Source of the DNA: a virus
Taxonomy: Duplodnaviria > Caudoviricetes
Reading direction: 5' to 3' (one strand)
Virus record (IMG/VR): IMGVR_UViG_3300016265_000654
Coordinates: 1 to 35,597 of that record
DNA: 35,597 nucleotides
Within the stretch, counting starts at the first letter, position 1. Every line of letters begins with the position of its first letter. The notes beneath the pieces were generated by a model. That model made no database searches, was not told the origin of the DNA, and saw nothing but the letters and a program-made list of their open reading frames with translations. Of this stretch, positions 7,658 to 16,670 are shown piece after piece. The translations under genes were made by a program, and so were the position numbers.

Positions 7658-8844
7658 TAAATGCGCTCCCAGCTGGTTTCATTTGCTGGATCGCCGCCCT
7701 TGAATCGGTATCCGTCTTTAACGGTTCCAATCGCGGGTGCAGCCGGAACGCCCGGCTTGGCCTGATCCGGCTTGGCGCCGCGCGCGGTAATATCAAGCTG
7801 CTTCATTGGCGCATGTTCGAGGCCGGGGAACGATTTCCCAAGCTGATTCATGCCCGTTCGATAGACGTTCTGCGCGTTCTGCATGTTGCTGACCAGATCC
7901 TGCAACGCGCTTTTCACAACCTTCGGGTCATTGAGATTGTTGATGATTGAATTCATCGCGCGTTCGGCATCTTTGTCGGTCTGCACGCCCTTTGCCGCCA
8001 TAAGGATCGCGTTGCGCGAATTCTCAAGGTCGCGCTGCAGATCGGCGAGGCGCTGGCTGCTTTCGGTGGACATGCCGAGCAGATTTAGCGCCTTTTGCCC
8101 AGGCGTCACCGCCGGGCCAAGGCTTAGACGGCCCTTGTCAATGTCCTCGATGTGCTGCTGCATTTTGGCCGCAACGTCTGCCGCGGTCCGTTCAGCCATC
8201 AGGTTTTCCTGATACTTGTTCAGCGCCGGGACAGGGACTTTGACGGCTGCTTCTTCAGCCTTGCGGGCGCGCTCAGCCGCAGCCGCCTCCTGACCCGCCC
8301 GCGCAACGTCCGTCCGCATCGCCGCGGTCTCGCCCATCTGCCGAATCTGCAATTCGCGCAGCTGCCGATTCGCCTCGGCATCAGCGGCTCGCTGCTCGCG
8401 CGTTGCGGCCGCCTGCTGCGCACGGAATTCCCGCTCGCGCGCCTTCTCCGCCTCGGTCTGCGCCATCTGCATCGTGGCGCCGCCGATGACCTGTCCGCGC
8501 TGGCCGAACTCGCCGCCGAGCGCGCGCAAAGCAAGCGCCTGCCGCTCCTCGGGCGTTTTCGCTCCGGATAGCGCCGCGGTGAATTCGGCGCTTTTGGCGA
8601 TGTCGCCTTCGCGCAGCGCCCGCTCTTCCTTGCCCGCCTGAGCCGCCAGCATCCCGCCGCCAAAGCCCTGCAGCGCTTTCGCCAGCACCGCGGTGGCCGG
8701 GATCGGCGCTTGGATGCCCTGATATGACGACGTCTCGATGGGTTGAAAGGCCTGCTGCTGGAGCGCCTGGGCATAAGCCTGACGGCGGGCGATGTCCTGC
8801 CGCTGGGCTTCGTAGGGATCGGGGAGGTTGAAGGAGACGGCCAT
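7657..8844 (-). CDS. Putative DNA ejection / internal virion protein (395 aa)
   Basis: Gln/Ala-rich coiled coil; C-terminal GTVKDGYRFKGGDP...WE motif. Confidence 0.6.
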   Translation of the reverse strand: MAVSFNLPDPYEAQRQDIARRQAYAQALQQQAFQPIETSSYQGIQAPIPATAVLAKALQGFGGGMLAAQAGKEERALREGDIAKSAEFTAALSGAKTPEERQALALRALGGEFGQRGQVIGGATMQMAQTEAEKAREREFRAQQAAATREQRAADAEANRQLRELQIRQMGETAAMRTDVARAGQEAAAAERARKAEEAAVKVPVPALNKYQENLMAERTAADVAAKMQQHIEDIDKGRLSLGPAVTPGQKALNLLGMSTESSQRLADLQRDLENSRNAILMAAKGVQTDKDAERAMNSIINNLNDPKVVKSALQDLVSNMQNAQNVYRTGMNQLGKSFPGLEHAPMKQLDITARGAKPDQAKPGVPAAPAIGTVKDGYRFKGGDPANETSWERI

Positions 8845-8850
8845 CTTGCA

Positions 8851-9753
8851 TCACCTCCGCATCAGATACATGCCGCCGAGGCCGCCGGCAGTGCCAAGCA
8901 GACCGCCAAGGCCCGCCATCTGCGCGTTCAACCCCGCCTGCTCGATGCCATACTGCTGCATTCCCGCCTGCCCCTGCGCCTGCGTAGCGCCGAAGATTGG
9001 CGCCGGAGCCGCCTGCGCGCCCGAGTAGCCCTGAAACTGCGGCATCATGACCTGCGATCCGCCCATCAGGCCGATGATTTCATTCAGCGGTTGACCGCGC
9101 AGCGCAAGCTCTCGCTGAAGCGCCTGGGCTCGGGCCTGATTCTCAAAGGTCATCGCCGCCTGCTGCTCGGCCGCCGCCTGCTGGCGCGCCGCTTGGTCGA
9201 GGCTGATGCCCTGCATTGCCGCCTGCGTTCGCAGATCGTTCTCCTGCTGCGTTTGTTGCGTCATGGCGCCGGTATAGGCTTCGGAGCCGCGCGCGATGCC
9301 CTGGTTCGCCAGTTGCGTCTCCAGCGCCGCCCGAGACCGGGCGATGCTAGGCTCCAGGCGCGCCAGGATCGCCTCCTGCGCCGTGGTTCCGGCGTTGATC
9401 GGGGCGCGCGGCAGGCCGGACAGATCAAAGGTCGTGTTGAGCGCTTGCGTCTGCGTCTGGAACGGCGTCCCGAGGACGTCGCGGACCGATCCGATGCCCT
9501 GCAAGCCAAGCTCGGCCAGCTGCCGGTCGACCTGCTGCTGCGCCTCAAGCGTGGCCTGCGCCTGAGGCGTCAAGGTTTGCTTGACAGTTGGGATGTCGCC
9601 TTCATAGGTGACGGTCTGCGTGCCGAGCGGCCCGATGATGTTGGGGTTGCTCAGGCGCGCCGACGTGCGCGCGGCCTCGACGTTGGCGGCGCCCTGCTCG
9701 CGAGCGGCGCCAACATAGTCAGGCATCGGGGGCGGTGAGGCGGACTTTCCCAT
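8851..9753 (-). CDS. Putative DNA transfer / pilot ejection protein
   Basis: Start MGKSASPPPMPDY after GGAG; Gln/Gly-rich; hydrophobic Gly-rich C-terminus. Confidence 0.65.
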   Translation of the reverse strand: MGKSASPPPMPDYVGAAREQGAANVEAARTSARLSNPNIIGPLGTQTVTYEGDIPTVKQTLTPQAQATLEAQQQVDRQLAELGLQGIGSVRDVLGTPFQTQTQALNTTFDLSGLPRAPINAGTTAQEAILARLEPSIARSRAALETQLANQGIARGSEAYTGAMTQQTQQENDLRTQAAMQGISLDQAARQQAAAEQQAAMTFENQARAQALQRELALRGQPLNEIIGLMGGSQVMMPQFQGYSGAQAAPAPIFGATQAQGQAGMQQYGIEQAGLNAQMAGLGGLLGTAGGLGGMYLMRR

Positions 9754-10153
9754 TGTGGCGATCTCCAAGGAAACGGCACGCCGCGGCGTCGAGCGTGCAG
9801 ATTAGCATATCGCCGCCGGGAACGGCATCGCGCAAGCGCGCCTCTTCCTTGAACCCGAGGCGGCGCAGCAGGTTGACGCTTTTCGCGTTTGCCGACGATG
9901 CGGTCACGACGATTTTGCGCGCGGCGAGTCGGTAAAACGGATAATCGAAAATGGCGCGCACGAAGCCCGGCACAAGTGGCTTGTCGGCCGCGATCTGAGC
10001 CTCAATGCTGACGCCGTTCCAATCGCGATAAGCAACGCCCGCGGTCAGAATACCGTCGCTTTCCCAGCCAATCGCAACCATGCACACCGGGTCGAAAAAC
10101 CCGCCGATGCGATTGGCGACCCAATGTCCGACCGCGGGGCCTTGGACGATCAT
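9719..10153 (-). CDS. GNAT-fold acetyltransferase-like virion-module protein
   Basis: IFDYPF..L, N.KS..L..RLGF.EEA.LR motifs; ATGA overlap; typical position after the tail hub gene. Confidence 0.75.
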   Translation of the reverse strand: MIVQGPAVGHWVANRIGGFFDPVCMVAIGWESDGILTAGVAYRDWNGVSIEAQIAADKPLVPGFVRAIFDYPFYRLAARKIVVTASSANAKSVNLLRRLGFKEEARLRDAVPGGDMLICTLDAAACRFLGDRHNGKVRLTAPDA

Positions 10154-11718
10154 ATGCCTTGCCATCCAGGCATGAACACGACGTCGGTTGCCGCCCATTC
10201 GAGCGAGATGTTCTTGCTGCTCGATTTGAACGCGATCCCGCCGCAATAGCCAACGCCCGTGACGCCTTGCCAGTTGATCGTCAGCGTCTGGCCGTATTGC
10301 CAAAGCGACGAATCCCAGATCGCCGTATCCCAGAGCGCCCCGGACGAGGGCGCGACATAGGCGACCGCTGCGGTGGTGTCGGCGGTGTCGAAATCGACGT
10401 TCATGCCGATGCTGACCGCTGGCGAGCCATCCGCGAATAGGTTTGGCCGCGCCCTGGTGAAGATCTTCTTTTGCCCGCGCGCGCCAAAGTAGTTGAAGGC
10501 CTGCAAAGCATTTGCGCTGATCGGCAGCCCGTTGTCGGCATGGTCATCGGTCCAGGCCTTGCCGACATAGTCGGGGCCGCCAAAATACAGGTCTTGCTTG
10601 TGCAGGACGAAGCAGTTGGCCGGCCAGTTCGTGAACTGACACCAGCTTTCGACGATGGTGTTCATCGCGTATTGCTGCTGCGACCCCACCGCCACCGGCA
10701 CGTTGACGATGACCGCGTTGTATTTGGGCGCAACGCAGATTTCCCAGCCAAAATTTGCCTGATAGGCGGCCGTTGCCGTGGCAAAAGCGCCCTGAATCTT
10801 GTCGGTCAACGCCACGGATTGCGGCGCCGCTCGGGCGGAAACCAGGGCTTTTGACAACGGGAACAGGCCGTCGAACGCGATGTAGGCGAGATCGCCCTGC
10901 ATCTTGGCAAGGCAGCGACGCCCCATCGGCGCGCCAAGCTGCCAGACGCCGACCAGCGACCACGTCGAGATGTTGGCCGGATCGGTGCCGCGATAGATGA
11001 TGATCTCGCCCTGCGTCGTCACGAAAACGAGGTTGTCGTCCAAGCCGAAACCGGCGTCGATTGTCCAGACGCCCATCGCCAGCAGATAGCCGCCTCGACG
11101 CGCGACGGACGACAAGTCCAGCAGCTGCGCGGCGCCGCCAACGGACTGGGTCGGCAAATACCACGCCTTTAGCGTGTTCCGCTGAATGAACCACAGCCGG
11201 TTTTTGAACAGGCACACGTTGTCCAGTTCGCTGGTCGTGACGCCGGTAATCGCTGGGACCGATGCGCCCGTAATCGCGGTCCATGTGGCGCCATCGTACA
11301 GTCGCGGGCTATTTCCGCCGCTCACCGCATACAGGAAATTGCCGCCGGGCGTGGCGACGTTGGTCCACTCAAAGCGCGATCCGCTCAGGCCCGACACGAC
11401 GGCCGCGCCGACTGCGCCCGCGGTCGTGACGTTGTAGATCGCGCCATTGCTGATTGCGAACAGGCTTTGCGTCGTGGCGCCGTTGTAGGCCATGAGCGTC
11501 TCGACCTGCGCGGGCAAGCCGGTTGCGTGCTTCTGGAACCCGCCGCGCAGGACGACGTTGGTTGCGGTCGGAAAATAGTTGACCAGCTGCACCGCATCAG
11601 TCGGCTTCATGTTCGCGAGGCTGTCCCGCGCGTTCCAGCCGCCGATGGGCGCCGGCAGCGAAGCCACGCGCGCGGTGGCCTGTTTCGCGGCGCGCATAAG
11701 AGGAGCCGCGCGAACCAT
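10150..11718 (-). CDS. Tail hub / packaged-DNA stabilisation protein (P22 gp10 / tail tubular B-like)
   Basis: 522 aa, beta-rich; LPAPIGGWNARD start; WD...WD...W near the C-terminus; position. Confidence 0.7.
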   Translation of the reverse strand: MVRAAPLMRAAKQATARVASLPAPIGGWNARDSLANMKPTDAVQLVNYFPTATNVVLRGGFQKHATGLPAQVETLMAYNGATTQSLFAISNGAIYNVTTAGAVGAAVVSGLSGSRFEWTNVATPGGNFLYAVSGGNSPRLYDGATWTAITGASVPAITGVTTSELDNVCLFKNRLWFIQRNTLKAWYLPTQSVGGAAQLLDLSSVARRGGYLLAMGVWTIDAGFGLDDNLVFVTTQGEIIIYRGTDPANISTWSLVGVWQLGAPMGRRCLAKMQGDLAYIAFDGLFPLSKALVSARAAPQSVALTDKIQGAFATATAAYQANFGWEICVAPKYNAVIVNVPVAVGSQQQYAMNTIVESWCQFTNWPANCFVLHKQDLYFGGPDYVGKAWTDDHADNGLPISANALQAFNYFGARGQKKIFTRARPNLFADGSPAVSIGMNVDFDTADTTAAVAYVAPSSGALWDTAIWDSSLWQYGQTLTINWQGVTGVGYCGGIAFKSSSKNISLEWAATDVVFMPGWQGI

Positions 11719-12626
11719 CAGGTCGACCCGTAGCCAGAATCGGGGATGTTGTCGTAGCCAATCAAGACGGTGCCAGGACGCGGCGCAAACGAGAGTGTCG
11801 CAGCGGACATGTCCTGCGCCTTCGCGGTCTCAAGCTCCATCAGGAAGTCGCGATAGAGCGCCGTTGTGTCAAAGCCCTTGGCTTCAAAATACTTGAGCTT
11901 CGTGAACAGCACCATAACCCGGTCGGGGTAGATGCAGGTATCGTCATCGGCCGTGAAGCTGTTCTTGACGATGTCCGACGACGAAAGCGCCCAGCCCTTC
12001 GACCGATACTCAAAGCCCAGATACTCGGCGGTCGTGGTCGCGGGCCAGATCTGGAAATAGTTGCCGTAGAGCCGCCAGCGGATGCGCGGGCCAGTCGAGA
12101 TGTAGCCCGAAAGCAGCCATTCCCATTGCTGCGGGCTTTCCGGCCCGAGCATCTCCCAGCGCTTCGACTTGTCCCATTGGGTGCGAGGCACCAGCGCGTC
12201 GTAATCGCTCGGCAGCGAGTATTTGGTCTTCGCGAATGTGATCGACGCCGCGGTTCCGGCGCCAGCCGGGGTCTGGTTCAGCGTCACCTGTGTCGGGCTG
12301 TCGACGGACTCGATGAAGGTGTCTTGATTGATGCCGGTGCCGACGGCCATATAGGTCGTATCGAGGCCAGCGGTCGTCGGAATGCCGGTAATCGCGGCCG
12401 AGGACGTCGTCCATGTGCCGGTCGTGGCGACGAACTGCACCGTGAATCGGTAGGGCTTGGTGAGCGCGCGCCAGTCATGGCGCCGCATCAGTTCGTAGCC
12501 GCAAGCATTCATCAGCGCAAGCGTCTGCGCCACGTCCTGCGATGGATTGCCGGCAACCGTGCCGGGAACGACAAGGCCCAGCTCGGCCGTAACCTGCTGG
12601 ACAAGCTGGACCATTGTCGAACCCAT
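11718..12626 (-). CDS. Head-tail adaptor (tail tubular A-like)
   Basis: YSLPSDYD, WEMLGP.SPQQW, FTADDDTC motifs; position. Confidence 0.65.
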   Translation of the reverse strand: MGSTMVQLVQQVTAELGLVVPGTVAGNPSQDVAQTLALMNACGYELMRRHDWRALTKPYRFTVQFVATTGTWTTSSAAITGIPTTAGLDTTYMAVGTGINQDTFIESVDSPTQVTLNQTPAGAGTAASITFAKTKYSLPSDYDALVPRTQWDKSKRWEMLGPESPQQWEWLLSGYISTGPRIRWRLYGNYFQIWPATTTAEYLGFEYRSKGWALSSSDIVKNSFTADDDTCIYPDRVMVLFTKLKYFEAKGFDTTALYRDFLMELETAKAQDMSAATLSFAPRPGTVLIGYDNIPDSGYGST

Positions 12627-12628
12627 CG

Positions 12629-13165
12629 TCAGGCACTCCTGTCAAGCGGCGGCCGCCCGCGACGCGGCGCGTCTGCCTTGGCCTCGATCAGCGCTGCAAC
12701 CTGGGCTTCCAGCGCCGCAAGCTTTGCCTTGGCTTCGGCCAGTTCCTTGTTGTTTCCGGCTTCGAGCTTGGACCGCAGGAAGGCCTGCGCCTTGAGCCGA
12801 AGCCCAACGCCGCCCATGCCGACGCGCATCAGCTGCGCGTCGGAGGCGGTCGCGATCTGCTCAACCGTGCGGAACTTGAGGATTTGAAGCTCCGAGACCT
12901 GCCCCTCGTTGATGTCGTGCGGGGCGGCGGCGTACCATTCCTCAAGCTTGGTGCCGGGCAGCTCGCCACCTTCGTTTTGCATCTGAAAGGCAAGCCACTG
13001 GCGCGGGAACCGCTCCTTGTGGTCGTCGCGCACGGGCTGGTCGACGATGTTGGTCGTGTCGCCCGGCACCATGATCTGCACGAACGGCCGATTGAGTTCT
13101 TTGTGAATGTAAAACTGGACGTGCAGCTTTGCGTCGGCGTTCGCGTCATCGCTATCCAGCGGCAT
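12629..13165 (-). CDS. Conserved phage hypothetical protein
   Basis: MPLDSD start; RFPRQW..F; TVEQ.A.ASD; C-terminal RRGRPP. Confidence 0.75.
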   Translation of the reverse strand: MPLDSDDANADAKLHVQFYIHKELNRPFVQIMVPGDTTNIVDQPVRDDHKERFPRQWLAFQMQNEGGELPGTKLEEWYAAAPHDINEGQVSELQILKFRTVEQIATASDAQLMRVGMGGVGLRLKAQAFLRSKLEAGNNKELAEAKAKLAALEAQVAALIEAKADAPRRGRPPLDRSA

Positions 13166-13167
13166 AA

Positions 13168-13530
13168 TCAGGCGCCCGCGATGCTGGCCCACGTCGTCGC
13201 GGACGTGGCGATGAACAGGACGCGCTGCGTGGTGGTCACGCTTAGCGACGCCGCGCTGTTATTGATCGTCGAGGCCGTCGAGAACGGATAGACGGTCAGC
13301 GTGGTGCCGGAGCGATTATAAACAAGCACCATCGCGCCCACCTCGGTCGGCGGCAGCTTGACGCCCGTCGAGGCCGAGACGTTCAGCACCTCGTTGTAAA
13401 CGGCCGACAGCTGCAGCGCATCGGCAGCGGTCGAGCCGGTAGCGGTCAGGCCGGTCGCGCCATCGCCGCAGATCGAGGTCGTTGCAAGCCCGGAATTGCC
13501 CGAGGCCTGGACGCGAGAAGGGATAGGCAT
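13168..13530 (-). CDS. Putative virion decoration protein, paralog A (120 aa)
   Basis: AAGGA RBS; Ser/Thr-rich; TGVKLPPTE motif shared with 14327..15145. Confidence 0.65.
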   Translation of the reverse strand: MPIPSRVQASGNSGLATTSICGDGATGLTATGSTAADALQLSAVYNEVLNVSASTGVKLPPTEVGAMVLVYNRSGTTLTVYPFSTASTINNSAASLSVTTTQRVLFIATSATTWASIAGA

Positions 13531-13541
13531 GGAGAGTCCTT

Positions 13542-14330
13542 TCAGTTCGACGTCTTGCCCATACGGGCGGCAATGGCCGGGAGCAGTCCCGAGCCGTGAA
13601 CATACAGATCTGCATCGCCGTCGCAAAGTTGCCGCGAGGCGATTTGAAATTCCATAGCTTGCCGGGCCATCCAGGGCGCGGCGATGAACTTCTGGTCGCC
13701 GACGCAGAATTCCTGGCGGTCGTCGGCATCATTCAGCGCTTGCGGGTAGGCGTGGCCCTCGCCCGCTTCGGAATAGCTGCTGTCGAAGCCGAAAAGGTGG
13801 ATCTTGCGGTGCCCGAGCGCGTATGCGATCGACAAGGCCTGCAGCCCGACCGTCGTGCCGCCGCCGATCAGCACGGCTTCGCGGTGTCCAATCCACTCGT
13901 CGATCTCGGGATAGGCCGGATGCCAGAGCGTCGCGGGATGGCCGGAAATTGCGCCAAAGAGCGAGGGATGGCATTGCGAGGCCACTAGGTAGTGGCGCGG
14001 GCGCGGACCCGTCAGGAAGGCCAGATTTTCCGGTCTGGCGTCCAGCAGAACATGGTGATCTGCCACGACGCCCGCCTCGTATAAGGTCGGCAGCACCCCG
14101 TTGACCGCGTAGACTTCCGCGCCGCCCTTTTGCAGCGCAGCAATCATGGGTCGCAGGGGCCGCATGGACGGGCCGCCGCCGATCACTAGGGCCGGGCGAT
14201 CATGCGCCTCGACCAGATCAAGCCACGGTAAGTCTAAATTGCACGCGCGCATGACGTTGTCGCGGATCAGCGCGTCCTCGGTATTGCAGAATACCGGCAG
14301 CGTGTCGTCGAGGTTTTCGGTCAGGATCAT
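13542..14330 (-). CDS. DUF115 / MptE-like (Maf-type glycosyltransferase-related) protein
   Basis: ALVIGGGPS, YAVNG, LDARPEN, ASQCHP, GGTTVG..AL..AY.LG.R.IHLFGFDSSY. Confidence 0.75.
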   Translation of the reverse strand: MILTENLDDTLPVFCNTEDALIRDNVMRACNLDLPWLDLVEAHDRPALVIGGGPSMRPLRPMIAALQKGGAEVYAVNGVLPTLYEAGVVADHHVLLDARPENLAFLTGPRPRHYLVASQCHPSLFGAISGHPATLWHPAYPEIDEWIGHREAVLIGGGTTVGLQALSIAYALGHRKIHLFGFDSSYSEAGEGHAYPQALNDADDRQEFCVGDQKFIAAPWMARQAMEFQIASRQLCDGDADLYVHGSGLLPAIAARMGKTSN

Positions 14331-15145
14331 CGGATCTGGGTCGCGGTCAAAATGACGGACGGGATGGCCGGAACGGGCGCCGCAGCGGCAAACGCTTCCA
14401 GAAATACGTTTGTGTCGTCGGTCGACCACATCAGTTCGAAATAATCGCCAGCGGCCATGCTTTGAACGAAGTTCCAAGATGCAACGGTCTCGGCGTCGGG
14501 TCCTGCAATGACGATCAAACTGGCCGAATTGGCAATGTCGACACCATTGACGCGCGCCCAGATGTAAATATGCGCGGAGGTAGCGGCGGTTTTGTCCAGC
14601 TGTGCGCTAAACTCGAAATTGTAAACACCGGGCAAGCTACACACGATGCGCGACGATGGCGTTCCGATGCTGACAAGATAGCTCTCGTAGGTGCCGTTGA
14701 GCGTCGCGGCATATGCCGTGTTGATGGCGGCGGCATTTTGGCGAACGGTGCTGTAGAACGCCCCGTAGGCCGCAGGCAGCACGGTCCCGTAGCCTTGCGT
14801 GACCTCCCAGCGCGTATTCGAGGCCGCCCAATAGCAGGCAGAGGCGCGCGGGATCAGCACATTGCTTGCCGAGCCGACGATTGTGGAATTGGTGTCTGCC
14901 GGGTAGACGGTCAGCGGATTGGCGCCGAGGTTCGTCACCCAGATCGTCGCGCCCATCTCGGTGGGCGGCAGGCGCACGCCCGTGCCGGCGGCTACCGTCG
15001 CCACACGGTTGTAGGTGCTGGTCAGCTGCGTTGCGTCGGCAATCGTGGTACCGGCGGCGGCGATGTCGACGGCGCCCTCGCCGCAGATCGCGACCGTCGA
15101 AAGCGACGTGACGCCGGAATTTAAGACGCGCGAAGGAAGCGCCAT
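14327..15145 (-). CDS. Putative virion decoration protein, paralog B, with extra C-terminal beta domain
   Basis: N-terminal ~115 aa align by eye with 13168..13530; C-terminus has GVYNFEFSAQLDK...AGDYFELMW. Confidence 0.7.
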   Translation of the reverse strand: MALPSRVLNSGVTSLSTVAICGEGAVDIAAAGTTIADATQLTSTYNRVATVAAGTGVRLPPTEMGATIWVTNLGANPLTVYPADTNSTIVGSASNVLIPRASACYWAASNTRWEVTQGYGTVLPAAYGAFYSTVRQNAAAINTAYAATLNGTYESYLVSIGTPSSRIVCSLPGVYNFEFSAQLDKTAATSAHIYIWARVNGVDIANSASLIVIAGPDAETVASWNFVQSMAAGDYFELMWSTDDTNVFLEAFAAAAPVPAIPSVILTATQIR

Positions 15146-15155
15146 ACGCACCCCG

Positions 15156-15191
15156 AAAAAGAAAGGGGCGGCGAGCAAACCCGCCGCCCCC
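15156..15191 (-). terminator. Rho-independent terminator downstream of the capsid/cement genes
   Basis: Sense GGGGCGGCGGG-TTTG-CTCGCCGCCCC followed by TTTCTTTTT. Confidence 0.85.
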
Positions 15192-15196
15192 TAGGG

Positions 15197-15733
15197 TCAG
15201 ATGATCTGGCCCTGCTTGTGCGGACGGTTGATCGAAACAATCACCGTCGAGACGCCCGAAGCAACCGTCGCGAGGTTCGCAGAGCGCGCCCCGAGCAGCT
15301 GCTTGCCGGTCGCCACGGTCGGCATCACGCGGCCCGCGGTGGCGGACTGGTAGATGGCGACCTGCGGCGTGACGGCCACGGCGGTCTTCTTCATGACCGC
15401 CAGACCGCCAATCTGATACCAGCCAAACGACCCGGCGCCGTTGGCCGACATCGCGACCGCCACCGGACCGGCGAGGTTCGCCGTGTTGGCGGCCAGCGCG
15501 GTCTGGTAGGTGGTGGCGTTGTAGCTGACGAGCGAGCCGACTTCGGTCGACGCAACGCCGACAAGGAGGATGAACTCCCCTTCGCCGTAGGTCGGATCGA
15601 AGGCGCGCGCGACCATGCCGAGCGTTGCCGGCGGCGTCGGGATCGCGGACGTGCCGTTCGGCATCGTGACGCCTGCGTCGGTCTGATCGATCTGGAGCAT
15701 CCCGGCGCGGTTTTCGGTGAACGAGTAGGCCAT
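15197..15733 (-). CDS. Capsid cement / decoration protein
   Basis: Directly after the capsid gene with a strong AGGAGG RBS and before the terminator; YGEGEFI.L.G, VAVAMSAN...FGWYQI.G motifs. Confidence 0.7.
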   Translation of the reverse strand: MAYSFTENRAGMLQIDQTDAGVTMPNGTSAIPTPPATLGMVARAFDPTYGEGEFILLVGVASTEVGSLVSYNATTYQTALAANTANLAGPVAVAMSANGAGSFGWYQIGGLAVMKKTAVAVTPQVAIYQSATAGRVMPTVATGKQLLGARSANLATVASGVSTVIVSINRPHKQGQII

Positions 15734-15749
15734 AGTGCAGTCCTCCTTC

Positions 15750-16670
15750 TCAGGCGATCAGCACGCCGCTGAACTGCGGCCCGCTGCTGGTGAGGTTGCC
15801 GGCCCAGCCGATCAGCTTGACGATGGCATCCTGGTTGACCGCCTGACGTTCGCCCCCGATGGGAACGAAATTCCGGTCGGCGTGCGGCCGGAAATGCAGG
15901 TACTTGGTGTTCAGGAACCACATGTGGTTCGCCGTCGCCGCCGAACCGATACCGCCGTCGAGGACGACATCGGAGGCCATGCCTGCGCCGTAGTATTTCA
16001 GCGAGGCGAAGCCCGCACCGGCCATGCTGGAGCCGCTGTCGGAGATGCGCTGAATCGACTGCAGGGACTGCAGATAGAGGCGGTAGTAATTGTTGTCCGC
16101 CACGATCAGGTCCGGCTTGTCGGTGCCGCGGATCAGCTGCACCGCGACCGAATCCATATACTGCTGGATGTTCGACGCGGTGACGGCGGAGCCGCCATTG
16201 GTCGTGCCGGAATAGGCGACCGAGCGCCAGAACGACCACGTCACGCGGCTGATGCCGCCGTAGGTGCCGGTCGACGGGCTGTCGGGAACTGCAGCGGCAA
16301 GACCGGTGATGTTTTTGCCGCTGTTGCCGGTGCCATCAAGGTAGATGTCCGAGCCGATGCGGTTGGCCAGCTGGGCCTCCGCGACGGCCATGCGGCCATC
16401 CAGCAGGTCGATGATGGCTTCCTTGCCCGAGTTCTGGATCATCTCCAGGCCCGAGATCGACACCGCCGACGCATACTGCGTGATCGAGAACTGCGCCGCG
16501 CTGATCGGCGAGTTCTGCGACACGTTCAGCACCTCGTAGCCCGAGTAGCTGTTCGTGTTGTTGGTCGTGGTGTCGTTGTACATGATCTCCTGCAAGATCA
16601 CGTTACCGCCCGAGAACGTCTTGACGTTCCCGCGCTCCTTGAGGCGACGCAGCAGGGCGTTGTTGTTGGT
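15750..16670 (-). CDS. Major capsid protein, exon 2 (306 aa)
   Basis: TNNNALLRRLKERGNVKTFSGG...QNSGKEAIIDLL...WAGNLTSSG; no native RBS/start; joins exon 1 in frame to give 333 aa. Confidence 0.9.
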   Translation of the reverse strand, partial: TNNNALLRRLKERGNVKTFSGGNVILQEIMYNDTTTNNTNSYSGYEVLNVSQNSPISAAQFSITQYASAVSISGLEMIQNSGKEAIIDLLDGRMAVAEAQLANRIGSDIYLDGTGNSGKNITGLAAAVPDSPSTGTYGGISRVTWSFWRSVAYSGTTNGGSAVTASNIQQYMDSVAVQLIRGTDKPDLIVADNNYYRLYLQSLQSIQRISDSGSSMAGAGFASLKYYGAGMASDVVLDGGIGSAATANHMWFLNTKYLHFRPHADRNFVPIGGERQAVNQDAIVKLIGWAGNLTSSGPQFSGVLIA

